Positions 9,806 through 20,596 of a stretch of 64,000 nt of DNA are shown here, one piece after another. Numbering within the stretch: the first letter of the stretch is position 1; each line of letters begins with the position of its first letter. A program made the position numbers and the translations under genes. The notes under the pieces were generated by a model. That model had not been told where the DNA came from. It worked only from the letters and a program-made list of their open reading frames with translations, and searched no databases. This stretch comes from an uncultured Phycisphaerae bacterium (GTDB lineage Bacteria; Planctomycetota; Phycisphaerae; SM23-33), in contig CAVXDC010000008.1 in assembly GCA_963760365.1 (NCBI GenBank), positions 15,328 through 79,327 of the forward strand. Reading direction: 5' to 3'.

Positions 9806-10061
9806 CGACGGCATTTTAGCCCCCAAGCGGCCTGTGGCAAGGAAAAACGGGGTGGCAACCCCTAAGTCAATCAAACGGCAAAACCAAGGGGAACTCCGCG
9901 AGATCCTCAACGGGCTGCTCGTTCTAATGGGCTGGCAACAGGAGCTCTTGAGCAGGGGGCTGAAACTAATGCCCCAGAAGAGACCTTTCTCCAAGAGCCT
10001 CAGAAAACCACCACGCCGGAACCCTTCCTCCCAAAAATCCCAAAAACCACCCAGCGGTAGC

Positions 10062-10114
10062 GATGCCCGTGCATTCCTGTGACCGGGGGGTCCCGGGCGA
10101 CTGGCACGGGCATC
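10062..10114. repeat. Intergenic inverted repeat (REP-like hairpin)
   Basis: gatgcccgtgc (10062-10072) and gcacgggcatc (10104-10114) are perfect complements. Confidence 0.55.
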
Positions 10115-10228
10115 CTGGCCCTTTAGGCGGCTAACACCTTGGCCGCCTGGGGGCTGCGCCCGTGGTGGGTGGGGAAACGTATCGTATGCTTCAAGCAAGC
10201 GACTGTCTTACCCCCAGAAGGGAACTCC

Positions 10229-10537
10229 ATGACGGTGCGCCTAGCCGAACGACGCCGAAGCATCCGCAGCATGGCCGCCTACGCCGCGCTGCTGGTTGAC
10301 CCGCGAGGGAGAGTCCTGGCGCGGGGCCGGACGGCCAACATCTCCGAACACGGCCTGTTCGTCATCGTCAACACCCCCGACCCGCCGAAGGAGGGAAAGG
10401 TCGCCATCGTCGAGATCACGATTCCCTCCCTCGCTGCCGGCACGCGAACCGTGGTTTACTCCTGCCGCATCGTCCGCCGGCAGGAATTGGGGCAACTGGT
10501 CGGCCTGGGCATGGAGTTCCGCGAAAAACTCGCCTGA
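10229..10537 (+). CDS. Stand-alone PilZ domain protein
   Basis: c-di-GMP switch motifs ERRRSIR (RxxxR) and NISEHG (NxSxxG). Confidence 0.88.
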   Translation: MTVRLAERRRSIRSMAAYAALLVDPRGRVLARGRTANISEHGLFVIVNTPDPPKEGKVAIVEITIPSLAAGTRTVVYSCRIVRRQELGQLVGLGMEFREKLA

Positions 10538-11247
10538 CCCTCGGCCTTGCAGCAACGAAGCTGGCCCCCATTCCCTAATCCTGCGCCGGTCTTGCGCCGG
10601 GCGATCTTGTTTTCCGTCCCGTTCAGCAGCCGGCGGATGTTGCTGCGGTGACGGAAGACGATCAGCACCGCCACCACCGCCGCGAAGCCTAGCAGCGGCC
10701 AAAGCTCCGCCAGCACCCGCCGATTGAACACCGCCAGCAGCGGCACGAACGCCAAGGCCGAGACGATGCTGCCCAGCGACACGTACCGGGTGGTCAGCGT
10801 CACGACGATCCACAGGCCCAGCGACACCAATCCCGCGGCCGTGAAGTACGGGTAGATGCCCAACACCACGCCCATCGCCGTCGCCACGCCCTTGCCGCCG
10901 CGAAAGCCCAGGTAGAAGCTGAACACGTGCCCCAACACCGCCGCCAGCCCCACCGCCAGCCAGGCCGCCTGGGCCTGGAGCGTCGGCACCTGGCCCGCCG
11001 GCTGGCGGACCATCGCCCCCGCGACCGCCACGGGCAGCAGCCCCTTGGCCACGTCCAGGACAAAGCACAGGTAGCCCCACGGACGCCCCAAGACCCTGCC
11101 GACGTTGGTCGCGCCCACGTTGCCGCTGCCGCACCGCCGCAGGTCCACCCCGTGCAGCCGCGCCAGGATCACGCCGAACGGCGTAGCCCCGACGACGTAG
11201 GCCGCCAGCGGAAGGACAAGAAACTGGATGAGGACATTTTTAATCAA
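10456..11247 (-). CDS. plsY: Glycerol-3-phosphate acyltransferase PlsY
   Basis: GSGNVGATNVGR, DVAKG, GH.FS..FRGGKGVAT, RHRSNIRRL..GTE. The 3' end overlaps the PilZ gene, so the stop is uncertain. Confidence 0.95.
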   Translation of the reverse strand: MIKNVLIQFLVLPLAAYVVGATPFGVILARLHGVDLRRCGSGNVGATNVGRVLGRPWGYLCFVLDVAKGLLPVAVAGAMVRQPAGQVPTLQAQAAWLAVGLAAVLGHVFSFYLGFRGGKGVATAMGVVLGIYPYFTAAGLVSLGLWIVVTLTTRYVSLGSIVSALAFVPLLAVFNRRVLAELWPLLGFAAVVAVLIVFRHRSNIRRLLNGTENKIARRKTGAGLGNGGQLRCCKAEGQASFSRNSMPRPTSCPNSCRRTMRQE

Positions 11248-11260
11248 GTTTAGTCAAGAG

Positions 11261-12412
11261 TCATGACCGGTTTGCAATCTGCGCGTACGCCCGCAGCAGC
11301 TCATCCACGTGGCGCGACATGCTCAACCCCCCCGCCGCCTGCCGGCATGCGGCGGCGAAAACCCCCCGTCGCGCCGGATCGGCCAGGGCTTCCATGGCCG
11401 CGACGATGGCCGAGCGGCTTCGGGGCGACGGCACAACCAGGCCCGCGCCACCCCGCAGCACCTCCGCCGCGCCGTTGAAGGCGGTGGTGATGGAGGGAAC
11501 GCCCCATCGCGTCGCCTCCAGCACGACGCGGCTGCATGGATCGTACCAGCTCAGCAGCAGGCACACGTCGGCGGCGGCGTACCATGGGAAGATATCCTCC
11601 GTCGGCGGGACGAAGAAGACCGCCGGCCCCACGTCGCGCAGGGCGGCGTGGCGATGGTAGCCTTCCACCAGCTCCCTGCCGACGATGACGAGCCTGCCGG
11701 CCCGGCGGCCTCGGCCGTGATACCAGCGGGTGAAATTCTCGATGGTTTCGGCGACGCCCTTGAGGGCGAAGTTCGTCGCGACGGTCAGGAAGACCACGTC
11801 CCCCTCACCGGCCCCAAGATGCGCCCGCAGCTCCTGCCGCCATTGGCGGACCCGCTCGGCCGGTGCTTCGGGCACCTGGACGGCGTTGTAGATCACCTGC
11901 ACGCCGTCCGTCCGGCCATAGTAGCGGGCGAACTCCTCGGCCACCATTTGGCTGACGGCCAGGCACAGGACGCCGGCGTCGGCGGCAATCTGCCGCTCCA
12001 ACCGGCCCAGCAGGCGCCGGCAGCGGTTGAACGGCCGGGCCAGGTGGACCAGGGGCCTGCCCAGGATCGTCCGTCGCCGTAGCGACGCGGCGAGCTGCGC
12101 GGGGATCGTGCCGCCCCGCGGCTGATAGACGTTCGCACCGGGCAGCGGCAGCATGGCGTGGACCACGTCGTAACCGCCGGTGCGGAGGGCCTCCTGGGCG
12201 GCGGCGATAAAGCTTTTCAGCCGCGCCGCCCGGCTCAGCCCGCCGGTCTTGAGCGGAAGGACTTTGACGCCCCGGCCGCTCCAGCCGCCCGACTGGCACA
12301 GGACAGTCACCTCGTGCCCGCGGCGGGCCAGCTCCGCGGCCATCTGGGCGGTGGAGGTCTCACGCCCGCCGCGGCGGACGTCCATCCTCTCGATGACCAG
12401 GGCGATCTTCAT
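11261..12412 (-). CDS. Glycosyltransferase family 4 (WaaG-like LPS core)
   Basis: GGRE, AVSQMV, VIYNAV, NFALKG, YAAADV..SWYDPCSRVVLEA. Confidence 0.9.
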   Translation of the reverse strand: MKIALVIERMDVRRGGRETSTAQMAAELARRGHEVTVLCQSGGWSGRGVKVLPLKTGGLSRAARLKSFIAAAQEALRTGGYDVVHAMLPLPGANVYQPRGGTIPAQLAASLRRRTILGRPLVHLARPFNRCRRLLGRLERQIAADAGVLCLAVSQMVAEEFARYYGRTDGVQVIYNAVQVPEAPAERVRQWRQELRAHLGAGEGDVVFLTVATNFALKGVAETIENFTRWYHGRGRRAGRLVIVGRELVEGYHRHAALRDVGPAVFFVPPTEDIFPWYAAADVCLLLSWYDPCSRVVLEATRWGVPSITTAFNGAAEVLRGGAGLVVPSPRSRSAIVAAMEALADPARRGVFAAACRQAAGGLSMSRHVDELLRAYAQIANRS

Positions 12413-13237
12413 TCGTCGCGTTTGTCGGCTGACGCAGCCTGCTTGCGGGCGTGGCGGCGGGCGATGGCGGCCGCCTTGCGATCGATGGAGCGATTATAGC
12501 GGGGTGCGTCCTTCTCACCACGTCCGGCCAGGTAGCGCGCAGGAACTCATTCCAGCGATTGGCCACCCACTGGGGCGGCATGGAGAACTTCAACTGCGCC
12601 AGATCCTTCACGAACCAGCGGAACTTCCGCCAGCGCGGGGCGAACACCCTCGCCAAGTCGATCAGGTACAGCTCAATCCCGCTCAGGCCCTTGATGCATG
12701 AAGATGTGGCTGGTGTACAGGTCGCGGTGCACGTAACCGGCCTTGTGCAGCTTGGCCACCAGCTCGGCCAGTGCCTCGGTGAGCCGTGCCGTCGCCTGCT
12801 CTCCCCCGGCCCGGAGGAACTGCTCGGCGCAGCGGGCAAGGGCCTCGCCCGGCACGGCCGTCACGATCAGGTAGCTTCTGCCGGCGACGAGCACACCAGG
12901 CTCCTCGCCCCAGCGGACGACCTGCATCGTGGCAATCCCCATCGAGCGGACCCGTGCGATGTTGGTCGCTTCCAGGCCGGCGGGTCCGATCCAGGCGCCA
13001 TACAGCAGCCAGCACCTCCGCGCCAGGGCGATCCATCCCTCCGGACCGTAGCGCTTCAGATACAGCACATGGCGGCGGCCGGTGCGGTCGGTCAGCTCGA
13101 TCCGCGTGCGGCGGCGGGCGCGGGCCAGGGAAGGTTTGGCCAGCTCCTGCCCGCCGCGATAGGCGAAGGCGCCCTCGACGGTGTCCAGCCCCGCGGCGGC
13201 CAGGGCCTGCATCCAGGGGCTCGTCGCGTCCGCTCAT
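12409..13237 (-). CDS. Lipopolysaccharide kinase (WaaP/InaA/Kdo family), frameshifted
   Basis: YLKRY, LHKAGYVHRDLYTSHI and LIDLAR..KDLAQL split across frames; ATGA overlaps at both ends. Confidence 0.85.
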
Positions 13238-14321
13238 GGCCGCCCCGCCTTTCGAGCGGCCTGGAGGTCCAGCAGCTCCTCGGCCGCCGGCAGCACCATC
13301 TCCACCGTGATGGCCTCCATGCACTGATGGTAGGCCGGACCGGGCGGTTGGAAGCACAGGGGCTTCTGGCACGGGGAGCAGGGCACGTCCACGCGGATGG
13401 TCCGCTCCAGCTCGTAGTCGATGGCCGACCAGCGCGGGTCGGTGCTGCCGAACAGCGTGACGACGGCCGAGCCGACGCGCCGCGGCGATGTGGCGGGCGC
13501 CGGTGTCGTTGGTGACCACCAGGTCGCACCGCGCCGCCAGGGCCTTGACCAGGCCGATGGAGTTGCGGCAGCGGGCCAGGTTCAGGTCCACCGGGCGGCG
13601 CATGGCGGCGGCGACCCGCTCGGCCACCGCGCGCTCGGCGGGCGCGGCGTTGAGGATGATGCCCGCCCCGCGCCGCTCGATGAGCGCGTCGGCCAGGGCG
13701 GCGAATCGCTGCGGGGCCCAGACCTTGCTGACGCCGAACGAGGCGCCCGGATTCAGCATCACCAGCGGCCGGCGGTGGGTCAAGATGCGCCTCCTCCAGC
13801 AGCGTCGCCGCGGCCTGGGCGTCGCTTGGCGGCACGGCCAGGGTCATTTTGCCGCGAGTCGCACCGCGCCCCCAGGTGCCGGCCAGCGCGAGGTAGTAGT
13901 CCACGGCCGAGACGGGCAGCCAGCCGGCCACGCTCGTCCCGCGGGGGGTCAAGGCGGACGTTCAGCAGCCAGCCCCGGCCGTCGCGGGCGTACCCGGCCA
14001 GTGCATCCACCCCGCCCAGCCGGGCCGCCAAGGCCGAGCGAAAACTGTTGGGCAGCAGCACGCCCAGCTCGTACTCGCCGCGGCGAATCTGCCCGGCCAG
14101 GCGCCACAGGCCGCGCAGGCTTGCGCCGTCGGGTGAGCAGTCCACCACCTGCTCGTCGGCCAGCTCCAGGCCCTCCAGCGTCTCCAGCGGCCCGGGGCGG
14201 CCCAGGTGGGCGATGCGGGCTCGGCGAAATGCTCCCGCAGCGCGCGGAGGGCGGGGGTGGCCATCACCGCGTCGCCGATCCAGTTGGGCAGGAAGACAAG
14301 GATTCGCTGGGGCTGGGACAT
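13234..14321 (-). CDS. waaF: Lipopolysaccharide heptosyltransferase II (GT9), frameshifted
   Basis: PNWIGDAVMATP, LLPNSFRSAL, LNPGASFG..KVW, VTNDTGARHIAAA, LFGST, in successive frames. Confidence 0.88.
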
Positions 14322-14405
14322 GGGGGCATTGTATCGGCCGACGGCAGCGATGAGTAGGCGGTGTCGTCGGTGGCGGGCGTGGCTGGCACGGCATGCAGGC
14401 CGATC

Positions 14406-15600
14406 CTACTTGGCCATCGGGCGGACGCGCAGCGGGGCGGGCGGTCGGCCTGGTAGGCGCCGCCCTCGGCGTCGCTCGGTCGGCGCTGGGCGCGTACTGG
14501 GCGATGAAGTCCTCGAGCATCTGGCGGGCCTGGGCGTCGGTGTACTGGACGGGCGGGTGCTTCATCGTGTAGGCGCAGACGGCGTTCAGCGGGCCGGCCA
14601 GGCGTGCGGTCGCGGGCGAGCTTGCAGCAGCGGATGGCGTCGATGGTCTCCCCGGCGGAGTTGGGCGAGTCCTCCACGCTCAGCCGCAGCTCCAGGTTCA
14701 GCGGCACGCCGCCGAAGCCCCGGCCCTCGATCCGCAGGAAGCAGACCTTGTTGTCCTTCTGCCAGGGCACGTAGTCGGCCGGGCCGATGTGGACCTGGTC
14801 GGGCGGCAGCGGGACGTCCAGTTGCGACTGCACGGCCTCGGTCTTGGAGATGCGCTTGGAGCGTCAGGCGGGCGCGGTTGAGCATGTTGAGGAAGTCGGT
14901 GTTGCCGCCGGTGTTGAGCTGGTAGGTGGCGTCGATCTTGGCGCCGCGGTCCTGCATCAGCCGCGCCAGCACGCGGTGGACGATGGTCGCGCCGACCTGG
15001 GCCTTGACGTCGTCGCCGACGCAGGGGATGCCCGCCTGGCGGAACCGCCTGGCCCAGGCGGGGTTGGAGACGATGAACACCGGGATGCAGTTGATCAGGC
15101 TCACGCCGGTGGCCAGGCAGCACTCGGCGTAGAACTCCGTGGCCTTCTGCGAGCCGACGGGCAGGTAGTTCATCAGGATTTCCGCCCCGCTGTCGCGCAG
15201 CAGCGCCTCGATGTCGGCCCGGCTGGCTGAGGGGCGGTCGGCCACGACGAACCGCTGGTGCTCGGGATAGTCGGCCATGTGCTCGCTGACACCGTCCAGC
15301 ACGTTGCCCATGGCCACGTTGACGTCGTCGTAGCGGAAATCGCTGTAGAAGACCTTGGTGTTGTTGGGGGGGGCGAAGATGGCCTCGTGCAGCGGCCGGC
15401 CGACCTTGCGGCGGTCGATGTCGATGGCGGCCACGATCTGGATGTCGCCGGGCCGGTACCCGCCCAGGACCGGATGCATCAGGCCGACGGTGGCGTCCCG
15501 GCCACCGCGTCGCCATCGTCCGGGCGTAGTAGTGAATCCCCTGGATCAGGGCGGAGGCACAGTTGCCGACACCGGCGATGGCGACTCGGATTTCACTCAT
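14406..15600 (-). CDS. ino1: myo-inositol-1-phosphate synthase, frameshifted
   Basis: IRVAIAGVGNCASALIQG, NYLPVGS, GDDVKAQVGATIVHR, YQLNTGGNTDFLNM, VEDSPNSAG, MKHPP. The 3' end is approximate. Confidence 0.92.
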
Positions 15601-15680
15601 ACCTGGCTTCCCATCCCAGTGAGTCTTGAACGCCAAGTACCTCCCGGGCGGACCGGTAGTCCCTTCGCATCACCGGCCGG

Positions 15681-16350
15681 CTATTCTAGTGACACCCAAC
15701 ACTTTGCCGTCAACAAGCGTGGAGGGCGATTCTTCGCAGGCCGGAGCCTTCCAAAAGCAACAGGAACTCCGCATTGCCCCCCTTGCCGAGTCAGGACCGA
15801 TTGCATCACGGCCGTCGGCGGACAGCCCCGCTCCACGAGGCGCTGGCAGACCTCCAGGCACACCTGCCGCGCCTGGGGGTGCGCTCAAGGCCGATTTCGG
15901 CTTGCGGCGACGCCGAGCTTGGCCAGCTCGTAGTGCGGCTTCAGCAGCGAGATGATCCTGCCCCCTGGACCGCCGGCCGGCAGAAGTGTCGCCCCTCAGC
16001 CACCGCATGGCGGCTGGGACGATCAGTTGCTGGACCGTCCAGCCCACGTCGATGGTCACCAGGTCCACCGGCTCGGGCGGGGGGGCGTAGAGGGCGTTGG
16101 TCCGCTCCAGGACGACCACGCGGCCGTCGCGCCGAAGCGTCCAGGCCAAGGCGCCGTAGCCGGTGTCCACGGCGTAGACCTTCCCCGCGCCGTGTTGCAG
16201 GAGGCAGTCGGTGAACCCCCCGACGTTGCACCCGAAGTCCGCACACACCGCCCCCCGGACGTCCAGACCGAAGGCTTCCATCGCGGCCTGGAGCTTTTCT
16301 CCGGCCCGGCTGACGTAGGTTCTCCCACGGTTGCGGCTACCGGCGGACAT
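15681..16350 (-). CDS. TlyA/FtsJ-like rRNA methyltransferase (no N-terminal S4 domain), frameshifted
   Basis: YVSRAGEKL..A, DFGCNVGGFTDCLLQHGAGKVYAVDTGYG, ERTNA. Confidence 0.85.
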
Positions 16351-16420
16351 GACTTGACCGTTTTTGACAAAGGCAACGACAATCGGCATCCCCCTCCCGA
16401 ACGCCTCACCGCGGAGGCGC

Positions 16421-16687
16421 CTACTTGGCCAGCTTGTTCAGCCGCTTGGCCAGGCGCGACTTCTTGCGGGAGGCGGTATTTTTGTGGATGGTGCCCTTGG
16501 CGGCGACCTGGTCGAGCTTTTTGTAAAGCAGCCGCAACTGTTGGGCCGCCAGATCGGGGTTGTTGGCCTGCCAGGCGACGTCGAACTGCTTGATGGCCTG
16601 TTTGACCTGGGCTTTGTGCCGGCGGTTCCGCGCCCGCCTTTTTATGTTCTGACGTATGCGCTTCTGGGCTGAAAGCGAGTGTGCCAC
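16421..16687 (-). CDS. rpsT: 30S ribosomal protein S20
   Basis: SAQKRIRQN..RN, LDQVAAKGTIHKNTASRKKSRL. Confidence 0.98.
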   Translation of the reverse strand: MAHSLSAQKRIRQNIKRRARNRRHKAQVKQAIKQFDVAWQANNPDLAAQQLRLLYKKLDQVAAKGTIHKNTASRKKSRLAKRLNKLAK

Positions 16688-16886
16688 ACTTTTTCTCCTA
16701 GACTCCTGGGCCGCTTGCCACCGGCCGATATCGCAAATCAGAGCGAGGAATTATACCGCCGCTGCACCATCTTACAAGCCCATTCGCCCGAAGGGAATCG
16801 GCCGGCGGGGGAATTCCTTTGGTGCCTGGACCGACGCCCTTATAATGGCGCTCACGTCAGGAAGCTAGAAAGCACCTTCGATGACC

Positions 16887-17734
16887 ATGAACGTGTTGTG
16901 CATCGGTGATGTCGTGGGGCGGCCGGGGAGAAAGGTCCTAGCCAGTTGCCTTCCTGATCTGCTCCGAGATCGGGCGGTGGATTTCGTCGTTTGCAACGCC
17001 GAGAACGCCGCCGGCGGCAGCGGGCTGACGCCGGCGATCTTCCAGAAGCTGCTGGCCTGCGGCGTGAACGCGGTAACCCTGGGCGACCATGCCTACCGCA
17101 AGAAAGAGATCGTCTCGCTGCTCCAAGGCAGTGAGCGGATCGTCCGCCCGGCCAACCTATCGCCCCTGGCGGCCGGGAGACGGTGGACGGTCTTGCCGGC
17201 CAAGTCCTCCTCCTGCCGCGTGGCCGTGGCCTGCCTGCTGGGACAGATGTACATGGGACAGAACGACTCGCCCTGGACGGCCATCGACCAGGTGCTCTCG
17301 GAGCTGCCGGCCGACGTCAAGGTGCGAATCGTGGACTTCCACGCCGAGGCCTCCAGCGAAAAGGTTGCCATCGGCTACCACCTGGACGGGCGGGCGAGCA
17401 TCGTCTTCGGCACGCACACGCACATTCCCACGGCCGACGCGAGGATCCTGCCCGGCGGCACGGCCTGCATCTCCGACGTGGGCATGACCGGTCCCTACGA
17501 CAGCATCCTGGGCCGGCGCAAGGACCGCGTGCTCGGCGCCTGGTTACGTCCATGCCGTCGCACTTCGAGATCGCCCTGGGCGACGTGCGGCTCTGCGGGG
17601 TGCTGGTGGCCGTGGACCCTTCCACCGGCAAGGCGACGTCCATCGAACGGATCGAAATCCCCGGCCCGGCCATCGAGGGCGGCCCCTACGACAGCGATGA
17701 CGGCCTGCCCCAACGCGGGGGGAACGTCCCGTAA
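16887..17734 (+). CDS. YmdB-like metallophosphoesterase (TIGR00282), frameshifted near 17540
   Basis: GDVVGRPGR, NAENAAGG, DFHAEASSEK, GTHTH, SDVGMTGPYDSILG. Confidence 0.92.
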
Positions 17735-17856
17735 GGCGAACGGATTGTTCGAAGTTCGGAGTGCGGAGGTCGCAGGGGTAAACACCCGGAGGGGGGATTC
17801 TCACCGTAAGCAACAGGCTCACTTCGCCGAAGCGAAACGCTTGCTTCCTTGCACAC

Positions 17857-17940
17857 AAAAACACGCCGAGACCTTTCACGTCCCGGCGTACTCGTCGGTA
17901 CAGTCAAACTACTGGTGTTCGCGAATCAAATGTCTTGCGC
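17857..17940 (-). terminator. Conserved 3' trailer + intrinsic terminator, copy 1
   Basis: Minus strand TAGTTTGACTGTACCGACGAG, then ACGCCGGGAC-loop-GTCTCGGCGT and a T-rich tail. Confidence 0.75.
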
Positions 17941-18834
17941 TCAGGAGCGCCTGCGGCGCAGGAGGCCCAAGGCACCCAGACCCAGGACCGTCAACGTCGC
18001 CGGCTCGGGCACGAACTGGATGACCAGCGTCGGCTGGTCTGCTTCGTCGGGGGCTTCCCTGCTCTGGAAATACATCGTGTATTGGGAACAGAGCAACAGC
18101 GAAATGGATTGATCCGTGTCCAGGGCAATAACGTCCAGGAAGTTCTTTGTGTTGGGATCCGGTGACCATCCGCCAGCGGTATAGACGTAGTTGGTGGAGC
18201 CCAGACCGGTGTTGGGGGTCGCGTTCAGCAGGTTCCACGTGACACTCCTGGCCGTGTCGAAGTGATTCGCATCAACCCAGGAACCCCTGATGACTGGCAT
18301 CCCAGGCCAGCCGTTGGCATCGGGATCGTAAGGATAGTTGGGGTCGATGTCGTTCCAGTCCTTGATGAAGTATTCACTGTTGGCCACGTTGCTGGAGCAG
18401 TTGCCGTAATATTCCAACGCGCTCCGGTAGGTGATGTTGTTTTCGCCCCACGTGTCGTAATATTCCGACAACGCCCACACCCGCAGCTCCCTGCCGGCGA
18501 AGTTATGGTAGGAACTGTTGGCGTCCGCCTGGGCCGTCAGCTTCAGCGAGTACGCCACGGCGTTGGCGGCGACCATATCCATATTGTTGGGCAGGTCAAA
18601 GCGGAGATACGACTTCTTGGCAAACACCTCCGCGTCTAAGTTGAGCGGTCTCGTCTCGATCCGGTTCACGTCGCCGTAGTTGGTGTTCATGTCGGCCAGA
18701 TCCACCAATGCGTCCGCACTCGCAATGGCCGTCCAGGTGTACGTACCCCCGTTCAACGTCAACATACCGCCAGCGCTGGCGACCGTTCCCATCACCAGCA
18801 TAAGACCGCACACCACAATCAATTTTGTCTCCAT
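17941..18834 (-). CDS. DNRLRE/CBM96-like domain PEP-CTERM protein, copy 1
   Basis: Signal peptide METKL.., DA.V..TNYG, SYLRFDL, W.E..ITY, S.E..P.LVI; C-terminal VPEPATLTVLGLGALGLLRRRRS. Confidence 0.92.
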   Translation of the reverse strand: METKLIVVCGLMLVMGTVASAGGMLTLNGGTYTWTAIASADALVDLADMNTNYGDVNRIETRPLNLDAEVFAKKSYLRFDLPNNMDMVAANAVAYSLKLTAQADANSSYHNFAGRELRVWALSEYYDTWGENNITYRSALEYYGNCSSNVANSEYFIKDWNDIDPNYPYDPDANGWPGMPVIRGSWVDANHFDTARSVTWNLLNATPNTGLGSTNYVYTAGGWSPDPNTKNFLDVIALDTDQSISLLLCSQYTMYFQSREAPDEADQPTLVIQFVPEPATLTVLGLGALGLLRRRRS

Positions 18835-19077
18835 TTTATTACCCTTCCTTTTGTGAAAAGAAACAGACGACCTTTGCCATGAGAAGAAAAGACGTGAAGC
18901 ACAGCGACAACCCCATGCCCACATTCCTTCCTTCTTGGCGTAAGGCAGGCCGCAACCTCCCCACCGGGGATTTCCTAGGAACCAGGCCCCGTTGGTCCCA
19001 ATCAACCCATCCATCTGCTCCATAGTTTTGACGGGTTGCCTACTTCGTCATTGTCCTCCATTCCCTTCAATTTTCAA
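18835..19077 (-). promoter_or_regulatory. sigma70 promoter + conserved structured 5' leader, copy 1 (most diverged)
   Basis: TTGAAA-N16-GACAAT (19077-19050); hairpin AACCCGTC/GATGGGTT with an ATGGAGCAGA loop; GCCTGCCTTAC; AAGAAGGAAGGA. Confidence 0.7.
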
Positions 19078-19148
19078 GTCGGTAAAGGCGAACCACGGAG
19101 GAAAAACTCAAAAAGCTTTCTGCGGAGACCGATCCCGACAATCCAATA

Positions 19149-19235
19149 GAAAAAAACACGCCGGGACCTTTCACGTCCCGGCGTACTCGTCGGTACAGTC
19201 AAACTACTCTTGTTCGCGAATCAAATGTCTTGCGC
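19149..19235 (-). terminator. Conserved 3' trailer + intrinsic terminator, copy 2
   Basis: Nearly identical to copy 1; ACGCCGGGAC/GTCCCGGCGT stem with a T run. Confidence 0.78.
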
Positions 19236-20183
19236 TCAGGAGCGCCTGCGGCGCAGAAGGCCCAAAGCACCCAGGCTCAGGACCGTCAACGTCGCCGGCT
19301 CGGGCACGAACTGGATGACCAGCGTCGGCTTGTCGCCCGCGCTAGCCGCTTCCCTGCTCTGGTAATACGTCATGTGATTGGCGCCGAGCATGAGGGAGAT
19401 GGAATCATTCGTGTCCAGGCCAACGAGGTCCAGGAAGTTGGCGATGCTGTCATTACCGTCCCACTCGTCCCCGGCCGTGATCACCGCGTTGGTGTAGGCG
19501 CCGTTGGCGTCGGCGGAGTTCGTGTGAAGCAGATCCCACGTGACACTTCGCACCGTGTTCATTTTGGCCTCATTGACCCAGTAACCCTGCATGATCTCCA
19601 TCGTGGGATAACCCTTCTTGGGACCATTGGGATCATTGGGATCAATAGGCTCGTTCACGGGATAAGGATAGTTTGGGTCGAGGTCCGCCGAGGTGTAGAT
19701 GAAATACTTCGCTTTGTCGCTGGGGGCGTGCCCGGAAACGCTGCCGTAAGACTGGAGTCCTTTCTTATAGGTGATGGTGTCTTCGGCCCACGTGTCGTAG
19801 TACTCCCTCAACGCCCACAGCCGAATCTGCTTGGTGTTCATGTCGTGGTAGCCGGTGTTGGCGTCCGCCTCGGCCGTCAGCTTCAGCGAGGCCGCCACAA
19901 CGTTCGCGGCCGTCAGAAACGAGCTGCTGGGCAGGTCAAAGCGGATGTACGACTTCTGGCCATGTTCATCCGGGTTGGCATCAGCCAGGCGGCTCGGTGG
20001 GACCGTCTCCAGCCGGTTCTCGGTCCCATAGTTGGTATCCGTGGCCGTCTGATCCACCCGCGCATCCGCCGTCGGCGTGGCCGTCCAGGTGTACGTGCCG
20101 CCGCTGAGGACCAGCGAGCCGGCGTTGGCCACCATCCCGAGTGCTCCTAAGGCAAATACGACAATGACGAATCGTTTCTCCAT
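19236..20183 (-). CDS. DNRLRE/CBM96-like domain PEP-CTERM protein, copy 2
   Basis: Same motifs as copy 1, a DPNDPNG segment and a VPEP-TM-RRRRS tail. Confidence 0.93.
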   Translation of the reverse strand: MEKRFVIVVFALGALGMVANAGSLVLSGGTYTWTATPTADARVDQTATDTNYGTENRLETVPPSRLADANPDEHGQKSYIRFDLPSSSFLTAANVVAASLKLTAEADANTGYHDMNTKQIRLWALREYYDTWAEDTITYKKGLQSYGSVSGHAPSDKAKYFIYTSADLDPNYPYPVNEPIDPNDPNGPKKGYPTMEIMQGYWVNEAKMNTVRSVTWDLLHTNSADANGAYTNAVITAGDEWDGNDSIANFLDLVGLDTNDSISLMLGANHMTYYQSREAASAGDKPTLVIQFVPEPATLTVLSLGALGLLRRRRS

Positions 20184-20436
20184 AGTCCCTTCCTTTCAAC
20201 CTTCCTTTCAAAAGACCAGATATCGTTGGTTCAACTGCGCAGAGGGAAAAATGTGAAGCATGGTTAGAACCCCATTCTCACATTCCTTCCTTCTTCGCGA
20301 AATGCGGCAACAACCTTTCCCGCCGCTGCTCCTAAGCGACGAGGCTCCGTTGGCTCCAAGCGTCCCGGATATCTGCTCTATTTTCTATCCGGGTGAATCG
20401 TCTCTGTCATTATCTCTCATTCGTCTTGTTTGTCAA
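20184..20436 (-). promoter_or_regulatory. sigma70 promoter + conserved structured 5' leader, copy 2
   Basis: TTGACA-N16-GATAAT (20436-20409); hairpin CCCGGATA/TATCCGGG; TTGGAGCCAACGGAGCC; second hairpin closing on GCGGCGGG. Confidence 0.78.
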
Positions 20437-20509
20437 GTCAGCAAGGGCAAGCGACGAGAAAAAAACACAAGATCGTCTTCTGCGGAGACTGTTCCAGTCA
20501 TCCAAAGTA

Positions 20510-20596
20510 GAAAGAAGCACGCCGAGACCTTCTCTGTCCCGGCGTGCTCGTCGGTATAGTCAAACTACGAGTGTTTGCGTATCAAATTACTAGCGC
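20510..20596 (-). terminator. Conserved 3' trailer + intrinsic terminator, copy 3
   Basis: TAGTTTGACTATACCGACGAG, then CACGCCGGGAC/GTCTCGGCGTG and a pyrimidine tail. Confidence 0.75.
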
